From the NCBI GenBank assembly GCA_900546315.1, contig URCP01000003.1, positions 485 through 64,484 of the forward strand: 64,000 nt of DNA. The letters are read 5' to 3'. Shown here piece after piece: positions 1-9,065 of this stretch. Below the pieces are notes generated by a model. The model saw only the letters and a program-made list of their open reading frames with translations. It had not been told where the DNA came from and did no database searches. How positions within the stretch are numbered: position 1 is the first letter of the stretch; every line of letters begins with the position of its first letter. The DNA comes from an uncultured Eubacteriales bacterium (lineage in GTDB: Bacteria; Bacillota; Clostridia; Oscillospirales; CAG-272). The translations under genes were made by a program, and so were the position numbers.

Positions 1-2
1 TC

Positions 3-683
3 CCCGCGTTCTGGATCGCCTCCGGAGTGCTCTCGGTCAACCGCAACGAGGCCGACGAGCCGGTCTTCACAATGCCGTCCGATGAGAAATTCCTGAACGT
101 CTTCGAGCGAGTTTTCGCCATCACATACGACAGCAACTCGTGGTTCAGAAATTCGTCCGAGACGAATTACGACGACCAGTTCATCAATATGTTCCAGAAC
201 AACAAGGCGCTGTTCATGGATATAACGTTCTTCTACATAGAGTCGCTGAGAAATATGGACGCAGACTTCGGAATCATTCCCTACCCGAAGTATGACGAAA
301 ATCAAGCGAACTACCTCTCGAGAATTGAGAACTGCGAGCTGACCTGCGTCCCCGTGACCGCAGACCCCGAGTTCGCGTCGATCATCCTCGAGGCGATGGC
401 TTCGGAGTCCTCCGATACGGTGGTCAAGGCGTATTACAACGTCGCTCTGAAAACAAAATTCGCGAGAGACAATGAATCGGCTGATATGCTCGACATCATA
501 TTCAACAACCGCGTGTACGACCTCGGAGACACCGTCTGGGGAGACAAGCTCCGCGACGGAGTATTCAAGGAAATGTTCACGAACAACGACCGCGCAATAT
601 CCTCGAAGTTCGAGTCCATGCGGACTGTCATGGAAAAGACAATAAGCGACGCCGTCAAGGGCTTCAGCGGCGCCGGTAACTGA
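3..683 (+). CDS. ABC-transporter extracellular solute-binding protein, C-terminal fragment (5' end lies outside the window)
   Basis: The frame is open from the window edge. It is a clear paralogue of the complete lipoprotein SBP at 11452..12921 (IIPYPKYDENQANY vs ILPYPKFNEEQNDY; LKTKFARDNES vs LKTKGARDEES). TGA stop followed by TAA. Confidence 0.8.
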   Translation, partial: PAFWIASGVLSVNRNEADEPVFTMPSDEKFLNVFERVFAITYDSNSWFRNSSETNYDDQFINMFQNNKALFMDITFFYIESLRNMDADFGIIPYPKYDENQANYLSRIENCELTCVPVTADPEFASIILEAMASESSDTVVKAYYNVALKTKFARDNESADMLDIIFNNRVYDLGDTVWGDKLRDGVFKEMFTNNDRAISSKFESMRTVMEKTISDAVKGFSGAGN

Positions 684-711
684 TAAAACGAAAATATCGG
701 AAAAGCAATCA

Positions 712-758
712 AAAAACGCGCTCCCCGGTCAACCATCAAACCGGGGAGCGTTATTATT
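712..758. terminator. Bidirectional intrinsic terminator between convergent genes
   Basis: Stem CGCTCCCCGG (719-728) / CCGGGGAGCG (741-750), with an A6 run upstream and TTATTATT downstream. Confidence 0.6.
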
Positions 759-784
759 GATTTATGTGCGGAGTGATCAGTGTT

Positions 785-1312
785 TCAGGCTTTTTCAACC
801 GCTCTGACCGGACTGCTGTCGAAAAGCGTCTTCACAACCGACGGATGGCGCTCAAAGTACAGCACCATTAGATCGCCGAAGACGCCGCAGGAGATGATCT
901 CGCCGAGTCCGACCGTCAGCGCGAAATACGGGAACATATTCCACCCGCCGAGACCGGACAGTATCAGCACGGTCGGTATGATGATCATATTGCTGACGAC
1001 AGTCGGGATGAACGCGAGATATTTCGTGTGCCGCATGAAATACGCGGCAACCGCGCCGATAAGTGTCGCGAGAGTTCCGAAAACGATGTCCCACACGGTC
1101 CCGCCGACGATGAGGTTCGCGAGCAGACACCCGACCGTGACGCCAGGAATCGCCGCCGCCGTGTATACCGGCAGGACGCACAGCATCTCGGAGATGCGCA
1201 CCTGTATAACCCCGCTCGAGAGCCCGAACATGGCCGAAATCAGCGTCAGAACGACATAAAGCGCGCCGATCATTCCCGCCGTTGCGATAAATCTTATATT
1301 CTGTTTTTTCAT
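785..1312 (-). CDS. queT: Queuosine-precursor transporter QueT (ECF S-component-like membrane protein)
   Basis: About 175 aa, multi-TM, with a QVRISEML motif and overall resemblance to the QueT/COG4708 family. Start taken at MKKQNIRF (ATG 1312), which has an AAAGGA SD; the 193-aa track ORF is an upstream extension. Confidence 0.8.
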   Translation of the reverse strand: MKKQNIRFIATAGMIGALYVVLTLISAMFGLSSGVIQVRISEMLCVLPVYTAAAIPGVTVGCLLANLIVGGTVWDIVFGTLATLIGAVAAYFMRHTKYLAFIPTVVSNMIIIPTVLILSGLGGWNMFPYFALTVGLGEIISCGVFGDLMVLYFERHPSVVKTLFDSSPVRAVEKA

Positions 1313-1364
1313 TAAAATATTCCTTTCTGCCCCCGCGGAAAGCAGCCGCGGGACATAAACGGAC

Positions 1365-1401
1365 AAAAAAGCCGCACTTCAGCAAAGCAGGCTGACGCGA
1401 C
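1365..1401 (-). terminator. Leader terminator-like hairpin (candidate riboswitch expression platform) upstream of queT
   Basis: Minus-strand GUCGCGUCAGC-CUGCUUU-GCUGAAGUGCGGC followed by UUUUUU. A second hairpin, CCCGCGG-CUGCUUU-CCGCGGG (1332-1352), abuts the SD. Confidence 0.45.
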
Positions 1402-1468
1402 CTATCCGTAGTTTTGTTTCAAGGAAACGCCAGGCGTTTCCTTAGTGAGGATGGTTACGAACTCACTT
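1402..1468 (-). promoter_or_regulatory. Candidate preQ1-class riboswitch aptamer in the queT leader
   Basis: Minus strand reads GUGAG-UUCGUAACCAUC-CUCAC ... UUGAAACAAAACUACGG. This gives a 5-bp P1, a UUC..AACC loop, and an A-rich tail whose UACG can pair with loop CGUA, as in preQ1-I. An extra perfect 8-bp hairpin (GGAAACGC-CUG-GCGUUUCC) sits in the tail. The queT context fits the known preQ1/COG4708 association. Confidence 0.4.
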
Positions 1469-1586
1469 TTATTTGACCGAGCGCGCACCGCACATCGTAC
1501 TCATATATATTATATCACACCGGTCCGGTTTTGTAAAGGGATGCTGATGTTAATTTTTTTGTTTCGCGTGACAAAGGTGTTGTCTC

Positions 1587-1615
1587 TTGACAGACGAGCG
1601 CAAATATGTTATACT
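1587..1615 (+). promoter_or_regulatory. SigmaA-type promoter for the GH16 lipoprotein gene
   Basis: TTGACA (1587-1592), 17-nt spacer, TGT-TATACT (extended -10, 1610-1615). Confidence 0.6.
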
Positions 1616-1677
1616 ATCATCAGAGAGAAGCCTCCGCACGCGTGATGGACACTCGTTTATACAGGCAAGGAGATACA

Positions 1678-3789
1678 ATGAAGAAATTTACAATAACACT
1701 GATCCTCGCGGCGCTTATGCTCGTTTCCTGTTCGGAAACAAAAAATCCGGATGAAACGAAGATAGAATCCGCCGAACCATCCGCCGAACAGCTCGCGCTC
1801 TTCTCCGGATACTCGCTAGTCCGTCCTGACGTCTGCGATAAAGCGGTCGTCGACGCAACGATTGAAATAAGAAACAAGCTCGGACTTGAAACAATCTCAA
1901 CCGACTGGGTAAAGCGTGACGAGAACATACCCGAGGACAACGTCGAATTCCTGATCGGAGAGACAAACCGCAAGGCATCAGTTGACGCGCTCGCGGAGCT
2001 CACAAACTACCGCGGGAACTACACGAATGACTTCATCATCCGCATGAAGGACAACAAAATCGTGATAACCGGCGGCTCACCATCCGCGGTCGCTTCGGGC
2101 GCCGACTATTTTCTGAAAAACGTTCTCCCGGCGGTCGACTCCGCGACTCTGTCTGATTTCGAGTTCATCTCGCGCCGCGAATATGAGAGCGAGACGATAA
2201 ACGGCGTCAGCGCCGGTGATTACACGATCTACATCCCGAAGGAAGCTTCAGACGAAACGAAGGCGCTCGCTGATGAACTGAAAGCGCTGATACTCGAAAA
2301 GACCGGATTTGTCGTGCCGATAAGCGACAGAGACACCGGCTCAACGGCTGGTATCTGGCTCGGCGTCGATTACGGCGAGGGCGGAAAGGCGCTCGACAGT
2401 CTGACCTCCTACCGTAAGAACTGCGGCAACGACTGGCTTTACAGCGTAAAGGACGGCAATATCGTCGCGGTCGGAGTCGACGAGAGCGCAATGAAGCTCG
2501 CGATTAATAAATTCAAAGAAAACATGGCGTCGATCTTCGGCGCTTCGGATAACAGCGAATTCATCTACAGAAAGGACTACAAAATGATAGAACTGGCTGG
2601 CAGGAACATAGGCGAATACTCAATACTTCTCCCCGAAAACAACTGCGTCGACATAAACTCAGCGGCAAAGCGCCTGAAAGCGACAGTTTATGAGCTGACC
2701 GGCTTCGACCTCCCGATCGTCACCGAGCCGGGCGAGTACAACATCCGCCTCGGACTCTCCGGCGACAAGGCCACCGGAAGCGTCAGGTTCGACGGGAACG
2801 ATCTCGTCATCTCCGGCGGACATTACGTCGCGGCTGCCGGAGCGGCGAATGAGTTCATCTCTTCGCTTTCGACAAACGCCGAATACAAGAGCGACTACAC
2901 GATTTCAGGGACCTTCGACAAAGTCCCGCTTGTCTCAGAGCGCTACCCCGAGATGACGCTCGTCTGGAACGATGAGTTCGACTACGACGGCGATCTTTAC
3001 GACCGCGACAAGTGGCTCCAGCGCGCGCAGATGAACGCGTCGGATATGTACAACTCCGAAACAGAGCGCAACGTCAAGACCGAGGACGGAAATCTCGTCC
3101 TCCGCTCATGGAAGGAGGAGGACACCTCAATCTCCGAGGGTAAGCCCTATTCGACGAACAAGTCGATGACGACGCGCGATTCCTGTAACTTCTGCTACGG
3201 TTATCTCGAGATGCGCGCGAAAGTTCCGTTCGGAAAGGGCTGCTGGCCGTCGTTCTGGATGGTCCAGCGCGAAGATATGCGCAACGAGGGGGTCAACTGG
3301 ATGGCTGAGATCGACATCTTCGAGGTTTTCGGCTCAAAAGACAAGGTCGTTCCGAACATCCACAAGTGGTACAACTCTACCGCCGACAACTATCATGTCC
3401 AGCTCGGCGATGATCGCAAGACGCCGTATGTTTTCAAGGATACCTCGAACCTCTCGGATGAATACCACACCTACGGCTTCTACTGGGACGAGGAAAAGAT
3501 GGTGTTCTCGGTCGACGGCGAGGACTACTGCACGATGGATATAACGGAAAAAACCGGAGATTTCGGCGAGTACAAGGGCATGGATGGTTTCCACACTCCC
3601 GGCTACATAATCCTCAACAACTTCCTCTTTACGCCCGAGGCTTCCTGGATACCCGACGGCGCGATGGTCGACGACAATATGGAATACCCTGTGACATACA
3701 CCATAGACTATATACGGCTCTATCAGGGCGATAACGGTGAAATGTACTCGCCGGAGCTCGGTGAGACGCGCGGAATACCTGCTGAATAA
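1678..3789 (+). CDS. Secreted lipoprotein with C-terminal glycoside hydrolase family 16 (beta-glucanase/laminarinase-like) domain
   Basis: Start at MKKFTITLILAALMLVSC (lipobox LVSC) after an AAGGAG SD. The C-terminal domain carries the GH16 catalytic motif E-I-D-I-F-E (WMAEIDIFEVFG). Confidence 0.8.
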   Translation: MKKFTITLILAALMLVSCSETKNPDETKIESAEPSAEQLALFSGYSLVRPDVCDKAVVDATIEIRNKLGLETISTDWVKRDENIPEDNVEFLIGETNRKASVDALAELTNYRGNYTNDFIIRMKDNKIVITGGSPSAVASGADYFLKNVLPAVDSATLSDFEFISRREYESETINGVSAGDYTIYIPKEASDETKALADELKALILEKTGFVVPISDRDTGSTAGIWLGVDYGEGGKALDSLTSYRKNCGNDWLYSVKDGNIVAVGVDESAMKLAINKFKENMASIFGASDNSEFIYRKDYKMIELAGRNIGEYSILLPENNCVDINSAAKRLKATVYELTGFDLPIVTEPGEYNIRLGLSGDKATGSVRFDGNDLVISGGHYVAAAGAANEFISSLSTNAEYKSDYTISGTFDKVPLVSERYPEMTLVWNDEFDYDGDLYDRDKWLQRAQMNASDMYNSETERNVKTEDGNLVLRSWKEEDTSISEGKPYSTNKSMTTRDSCNFCYGYLEMRAKVPFGKGCWPSFWMVQREDMRNEGVNWMAEIDIFEVFGSKDKVVPNIHKWYNSTADNYHVQLGDDRKTPYVFKDTSNLSDEYHTYGFYWDEEKMVFSVDGEDYCTMDITEKTGDFGEYKGMDGFHTPGYIILNNFLFTPEASWIPDGAMVDDNMEYPVTYTIDYIRLYQGDNGEMYSPELGETRGIPAE

Positions 3790-3810
3790 GAAACAAAGGA
3801 GAAAGAAATC

Positions 3811-5022
3811 TTGGAACAGCAAAAGAACACCGCGGCTGAATTCAACGCCGCATACTTCGACGAGAAGACCGACCGCCGCTCGTCCGGCTCGGAAAAATAC
3901 GAACCGCTCCCGCCGGACAGGCACGGACGCGAGGTCATCCCGATGTGGGTCGCCGATATGGATTTCAGAATGCTCCCGTCTGCGCGGGCGGCTATGGAGG
4001 ATGTACTGAAGCACGGAATCTTTGGCTATACTCTCGACGGCGCAGACTATAAGAGCACTGTCAGCGGATGGTATTCCCGCCGCTTCGGCTGGGATTTTCC
4101 GAAAGAAGCTGTCGTTAACGCGCCGGGAGTCATCTACGGCATATCCGCCGGGATACGTGTGCTCACCGCACCGGGTGACGGCGTTCTGATATTTGAGCCG
4201 GTCTATTTCCCGTTCAGATCAACCATACTCGCGAATAAGCGCGTTCCGGTCATATCTCCGCTGAGAAACAATAATGGACATTGGGAGATTGATTTAGACG
4301 ATCTTGACCGTAAGCTCGGAGACGCGAAAGCGATACTGTTCTGCTCCCCGCACAACCCGGTCGGAAGAATCTGGAAGAAGGAAGAACTCGAATGTGTCGC
4401 AAAGCTCGCGAAGAAGCATAATGTCGGTGTGATCTGCGACGAAATTCATTCGGATTTCGTCTTTGAGGGGCATCATATCCCGCTCGCGTCGCTCGACGGC
4501 ATGGCGGAGCGCACGATCACCTGCACGGCGCCGACAAAAACATTCAATATGGCAGGGATCAAAGGCGCGAATATCATAATCGAAAATGACGACTTACGCG
4601 ATAAATTCGAGGCGGAAAAGGAGATGACCGGCAACGCCGATCTCAACATATTCTCGATTGCCGCGACAAAAGCCGTCTACCGCGACGGAGACGGCTGGGT
4701 CGACGCGCTTGTCGGTTATATCCGGGGAAATTATGACATTCTGAAAGAAGCGTTCCCGGAAGCCGGAACCGACGCGCCGGTGACTCTGACACATCCGGAG
4801 GGGACATATCTCGCGTGGCTCGACTGCCGCGGACTGGCGGAACACGGCGTGTCCGATCCGCAGAAATTCTTCCTTGAAGAAGCGGGTATCCGCATGAACG
4901 ACGGAAAAATGTTCGGCGAGGGCGGCGACGGATTCGTCCGGATGAACCTCGGCACACAGCATGATGTTGTTCGCGAGGCTGTAAAGCGGATGAAGGACGC
5001 TATCAGCTCGGTGACAAAATAA
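3811..5022 (+). CDS. Class I/II PLP aminotransferase, MalY/PatB-type C-S lyase family
   Basis: TTG start after an AAAGGAGAAAG SD. N-terminal DRRSSGSEKYE, CSPHNPVGRIW and TKTFNMAGIKG (PLP-lysine region) are typical of PatB/MalY-like enzymes. Confidence 0.8.
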   Translation: MEQQKNTAAEFNAAYFDEKTDRRSSGSEKYEPLPPDRHGREVIPMWVADMDFRMLPSARAAMEDVLKHGIFGYTLDGADYKSTVSGWYSRRFGWDFPKEAVVNAPGVIYGISAGIRVLTAPGDGVLIFEPVYFPFRSTILANKRVPVISPLRNNNGHWEIDLDDLDRKLGDAKAILFCSPHNPVGRIWKKEELECVAKLAKKHNVGVICDEIHSDFVFEGHHIPLASLDGMAERTITCTAPTKTFNMAGIKGANIIIENDDLRDKFEAEKEMTGNADLNIFSIAATKAVYRDGDGWVDALVGYIRGNYDILKEAFPEAGTDAPVTLTHPEGTYLAWLDCRGLAEHGVSDPQKFFLEEAGIRMNDGKMFGEGGDGFVRMNLGTQHDVVREAVKRMKDAISSVTK

Positions 5023-5027
5023 AAAAA

Positions 5028-5059
5028 CAGAGACTGTCAGGTTTCCCCGGCAGTCTCTG
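5028..5059. terminator. Bidirectional intrinsic terminator between convergent genes
   Basis: CAGAGACTG (5028-5036) / CAGTCTCTG (5051-5059), flanked by an A7 run upstream and a T-rich stretch downstream. Confidence 0.65.
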
Positions 5060-5064
5060 TCATT

Positions 5065-6099
5065 TTATCCGATATTTCCGTCAATGACGCAGTCAGTATT
5101 CCCATCGAGAACGAGCGCGTCGCCGAGCTGTCCGTGGTGCATCACATTGTCCTTCAGTATCGTGAAGCTGTTTTCACGCATCACGACCGAGTGAGCCGGA
5201 CTGTCGACGCCGACGCCGCCGTCATCCCTTCCGAGACGGAACGCGTTTCCGGTGACGACAACGTTTTCGCATTTCGTCATTCTGAGGTGGCAGTTGTCAA
5301 GTTCGTCGGTCAGTTTATCGCAGGGCTTTCCGCTTCGTCTGAAGATGTTCCCGGTTATCGTCACTGTGCTGCACCCTCCGGTCTCGTCGCCCATCGAGAT
5401 CGCCGGTCCGCCGCTGCGGTCGAAGAAGTTTCCGGTGATATTATAGCTGTCGCCGTGCAGGAATCTGAACCCCGCGCCGGAGTTCCACTCGACGCGGTTG
5501 CCGGTAGCGGTGATCGAGGCGACACACGGTCCGCCTAGAATGCCGCAGTTACGGTTGCCGGAGAACCAGTTGTCGAGGATAAACGCGTCCCAGCCGTCTA
5601 TATATAATCCGCAGCCGCCGTTGAAACAGAGCATACAGTGCCTTATCGAGAAACACCAGATGTGCTCGAGGTGAATACCGTCGCCGCTGAAATGACCGAC
5701 ACGGCAGTCATCGAAGGTGGGAGTGTCCTCTTTTGCGCCTCCATTGTACTTTTCCCAGTATACCTTGACACCGTGAATATTTTTGCCGAACCCACGCCCG
5801 TCGAGGCACAGCCCGGAAATGCTGCCGCCGAACGAGCCGGTCATATCGATCATGCAGTCGCACCCGGAGTCACGCAGATGAAGAGTCGCCGTGCCGTTGT
5901 CGCGGAAGCTCCATCCGGAGACACCGCGCAGCGCGACCCCCTCCCCCATCCTGAGTTTGCCGACGATATAATCGCCGGACGGAACGAGCACCGTTCCATG
6001 GCACTTCTCAGCGTCAGCAAGCGCGCTTTCAAATGCCGCGGTCGAATCAGTGACGCCATCTGGGACAGCGCCGTAGTCGGTCACTTTGAATTCTGTCAT
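5065..6099 (-). CDS. Right-handed parallel beta-helix repeat protein (pectate-lyase-superfamily / GH28-like fold)
   Basis: N-terminus MTEFKVTDYGAVPDGVTDSTAAFESAL is typical of the pectate_lyase_3 domain. Repeated GN/GD-containing beta-helix rungs follow. Confidence 0.65.
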   Translation of the reverse strand: MTEFKVTDYGAVPDGVTDSTAAFESALADAEKCHGTVLVPSGDYIVGKLRMGEGVALRGVSGWSFRDNGTATLHLRDSGCDCMIDMTGSFGGSISGLCLDGRGFGKNIHGVKVYWEKYNGGAKEDTPTFDDCRVGHFSGDGIHLEHIWCFSIRHCMLCFNGGCGLYIDGWDAFILDNWFSGNRNCGILGGPCVASITATGNRVEWNSGAGFRFLHGDSYNITGNFFDRSGGPAISMGDETGGCSTVTITGNIFRRSGKPCDKLTDELDNCHLRMTKCENVVVTGNAFRLGRDDGGVGVDSPAHSVVMRENSFTILKDNVMHHGQLGDALVLDGNTDCVIDGNIG

Positions 6100-6343
6100 G
6101 AGAAATCTCCTTTATCATAAAAATCCGTTTGATCCTCGGCGTGAAGGACCTTCTTTATCACATATATTTTTCGTGATCTTTTTTGGTGGTTTTATTACCA
6201 TAAACGTCCAAGCGGCAGAATGACGCCGGATACATGATTATCTGAATTATGCCCCCTTAAGCCTCTGACTTTCGGGGCGCATATCAGCATTTCCTTGTTT
6301 TTTGTGGATCTGATTTATAATACTACAATCACAGATGAATAAC

Positions 6344-7198
6344 TCATATTGTCTGGCATCCGGAATAATAGCTATTCCGTGTCTTTGCCGGCGTCGCGCC
6401 GTATGTCTTCTCAAAAAGACGGCAGAAATACGTATAGCTCGAAAACCCGATCTCCTCGCAGATTGTCTCATAGTCTTTCTCGCCGGACATTACCATTTCG
6501 TACGCGTATTTCATCCTCACACTGTTAATATACTCCCCCGGCGTCATGCCGAGGTATTTTTTTGTCAGGCGGCAAAGCTGCGCGTGGCTGAAATTCGACA
6601 GTCTGAGAAAGGCGCTCACACCCTCCGCGGCGTTCGGCAAATGGTTCATCTCGGCAAGGATCGCCGAAAATGACGGCGGCATCACGCTGTCAATTCCCGC
6701 GCGGTCCTTTATGTACCGTCCGAAAAACTCCCCGAGCAGCACGCGGCAGAGCGGCGTCTGTCTGCTTTCCGGAATCGTGAACACACTGTCGCACAGCTCG
6801 GAAAAACCCTGACGCTCGATTCTTCTGACGATCGTGCGCGGCACCTCAGTCGGGGTCTCCTGACGGTCAAAAACAGCGTCGTTTTCGAACCCGTAAGCGG
6901 TGATAAACTGTTCGACCTCGGGCTCGGCGACCGAAAGAGCAGCGACATTCGTTCCATCGCCCTGATCCCTGAACGAGTGAACATCACAGGGGCGCAGCAG
7001 GAAAACGTCACCCTCGGAGCAGTTCACTTCAAAACCGTTCACTATATGCACGCAGGAGCCCGAAAGGAGACAAATCATCTCGTAAAAATCATGACTGTGC
7101 GGCTCCGTCAGGAGCTGCCGCCCAAGCGTCTGCTGAAAGAAATACCCGTCACGGTTGAACAGCCCACGCATATTCTCAAAACTGAGAGATCCCGGCAT
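6344..7198 (-). CDS. AraC family transcriptional regulator (cupin sensor domain + HTH)
   Basis: N-terminal cupin-like HSHDFYEM. C-terminal AraC HTH (FSHAQLCRLTKKYLGMTPGEYINSVRMKYA...GFSSYTYFCRLFEKTYGATP). Confidence 0.85.
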   Translation of the reverse strand: MPGSLSFENMRGLFNRDGYFFQQTLGRQLLTEPHSHDFYEMICLLSGSCVHIVNGFEVNCSEGDVFLLRPCDVHSFRDQGDGTNVAALSVAEPEVEQFITAYGFENDAVFDRQETPTEVPRTIVRRIERQGFSELCDSVFTIPESRQTPLCRVLLGEFFGRYIKDRAGIDSVMPPSFSAILAEMNHLPNAAEGVSAFLRLSNFSHAQLCRLTKKYLGMTPGEYINSVRMKYAYEMVMSGEKDYETICEEIGFSSYTYFCRLFEKTYGATPAKTRNSYYSGCQTI

Positions 7199-7371
7199 AA
7201 CTCACTCGCCCTCCATATTGTTTTTCAATATTATACACCAATTTCAGGCGTATGTCAAGCGCCTTTTTCACCGGATGATAAATTTGAGTACTTTTATGAT
7301 AACTGAGAGGTTTGAATTTCACGCTTTTATCTGTTATAATTGAAACAACGAACCAGGAAAGGAGAAATAAA

Positions 7372-8265
7372 TTGCAGCCATATCTTTTGCTCTGCCTGTC
7401 GATCCTGTTCGCCTCGGCAAACAATCTGCTCCTGCACAAGTTCGGAAACCGTGGGCTCGACAGTCCCGGCGGCGTGCTGCTTTTCAACGCGGCGGTCTCT
7501 GGCATCTGGGTGATTCTGCTTGGCGGGACGTCGATGATTTCAGGAGGACTGAGATCTGACACCGGGAGCGTCTGCTGGGGAATGCTTTACGGCGTGGTGA
7601 CCGCGGCGTTCCTGTTCTTCAAGATGCAGGCGATGGCGACCGGTCCGGTCTCCCTGACAGCCTTCATCGGCTGCGCGTCACTTCTTATCTCGACCGGTTT
7701 CGGTGTTTTTGTCCTCGGGGAGGGCGCGAGCGTCTTGCAGACTGTCGGCGTCGCCATTCTGATGATAGCGCTGTTTCTCGTCGTCTCGCCGAAAAACGAC
7801 CACGCAAAAAAATCATGGAAGCTCTGGTGCGCCGGGTTCTTCACGTGCAGCGCGGCGGTCGGTATAATCTTCAAGCTTCATCAGCGCTCCGGGTCGGCAT
7901 CGAAAATCAACGAGATGATGTTCGCCGCGGCGCTCACATCGGCGCTTCTCTTCACCGCCATGTCGTTCGCCGTGTCGGAAAAGCACCGCCCGAAGCCGAT
8001 ACCGGGTTCGGCGGTCGGTTACCTGGTCGCCTGCGGAATCGCCGGCTGCGTCTACAACCGGCTGAACATCTTCCTCGCGGGGCAATTGCCGAGCGTCGTA
8101 TTCTACCCGACTTTCAACGGCTCGGTGATACTCATTTCGACACTGTGCGGACTGATTTTCTTCAAAGAAAAACTGAAAGCGCAGCAGGCAATCGGCATTG
8201 CCGCCGGAGCGGCGGCGCTGATGCTCGCGTCGGGGACGATAGACAATCTTTTGAAAACCATTTAG
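7372..8265 (+). CDS. Polytopic membrane protein, DMT/EamA-like transporter (tentative)
   Basis: About 298 aa and roughly 10 hydrophobic helices. TTG start at 7372 follows GGAAAGGAG; the track ORF start at 7312 lacks an SD. A TATAAT box lies at 7335-7340. Confidence 0.5.
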   Translation: MQPYLLLCLSILFASANNLLLHKFGNRGLDSPGGVLLFNAAVSGIWVILLGGTSMISGGLRSDTGSVCWGMLYGVVTAAFLFFKMQAMATGPVSLTAFIGCASLLISTGFGVFVLGEGASVLQTVGVAILMIALFLVVSPKNDHAKKSWKLWCAGFFTCSAAVGIIFKLHQRSGSASKINEMMFAAALTSALLFTAMSFAVSEKHRPKPIPGSAVGYLVACGIAGCVYNRLNIFLAGQLPSVVFYPTFNGSVILISTLCGLIFFKEKLKAQQAIGIAAGAAALMLASGTIDNLLKTI

Positions 8266-8277
8266 GAGGATAAATCA

Positions 8278-9057
8278 ATGAACAACTCAAAACTCGTGGC
8301 GTCAACAATGACTTTCCGCACGTTCACGCTCGAAAAGGCTCTTGAAAAGCTCGCTGAGGCAGGATTCGACAAGGTCGAACTCTGCACGGTCGGCGACTGG
8401 GTGCCGCACTTCGACATCGCGAACGCGACCGACAAGTCGATAACAGACTGCGCCGGAATATTCAAGAGAACCGGGATGAAAGCGGTCAGCATAAACATAA
8501 GCGGCGATTTCACCGTGAACCAGCTCGAAAACGGCTACGCGCTCGCAAAAGAGCTCGGCGCGGCAGTCGTCACTTACTGCTGCGGAAACCCGAAACCGGA
8601 AATCGGGCGCTCCGAACAGCTCAAAGAGCGCGCTGAATTCAACTCAAAGCTCGCCGACCTCGGCGACAAGTACGGGCTGATCTGCTCGATCGAAGCCCCG
8701 CACAAGAAATCGCTTGCCGAAAAGCGTTCCGAAATCGATGAGTACTGGTCAATGCAGGACGAGCGCGTCAGGTGTACGTTTGACACCGCGCACCTGACCT
8801 ATGCCGGAGAGGATCTTCTGGACGCGGCGAAGGTTTACGCTCCACGGACCGCGCACGTTCATCTGCGCGACGCTGTGAAAGACAATTCGCTCCTGCGCTA
8901 CGGCGAGGGCGTGGTGGATTTCGCGTCGGTCATCAGGATCTTCAAGGACGCCGGGTATTCGCGCTACTACTCGATGGAATACCCGACCGACTCAGACGAA
9001 GAGGCGATAGAGAGACTCGCCTCTTCAGTAAGTTATCTGTCACAATTCGGAATCTGA
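8278..9057 (+). CDS. Sugar phosphate isomerase/epimerase (xylose-isomerase-like TIM barrel)
   Basis: Length, the pattern of conserved acidic/His residues (FDTAHL, HVHLRD) and SMEYP are typical of the AP_endonuc_2/TIM-barrel family. Confidence 0.75.
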   Translation: MNNSKLVASTMTFRTFTLEKALEKLAEAGFDKVELCTVGDWVPHFDIANATDKSITDCAGIFKRTGMKAVSINISGDFTVNQLENGYALAKELGAAVVTYCCGNPKPEIGRSEQLKERAEFNSKLADLGDKYGLICSIEAPHKKSLAEKRSEIDEYWSMQDERVRCTFDTAHLTYAGEDLLDAAKVYAPRTAHVHLRDAVKDNSLLRYGEGVVDFASVIRIFKDAGYSRYYSMEYPTDSDEEAIERLASSVSYLSQFGI

Positions 9058-9065
9058 AGGGAGAA

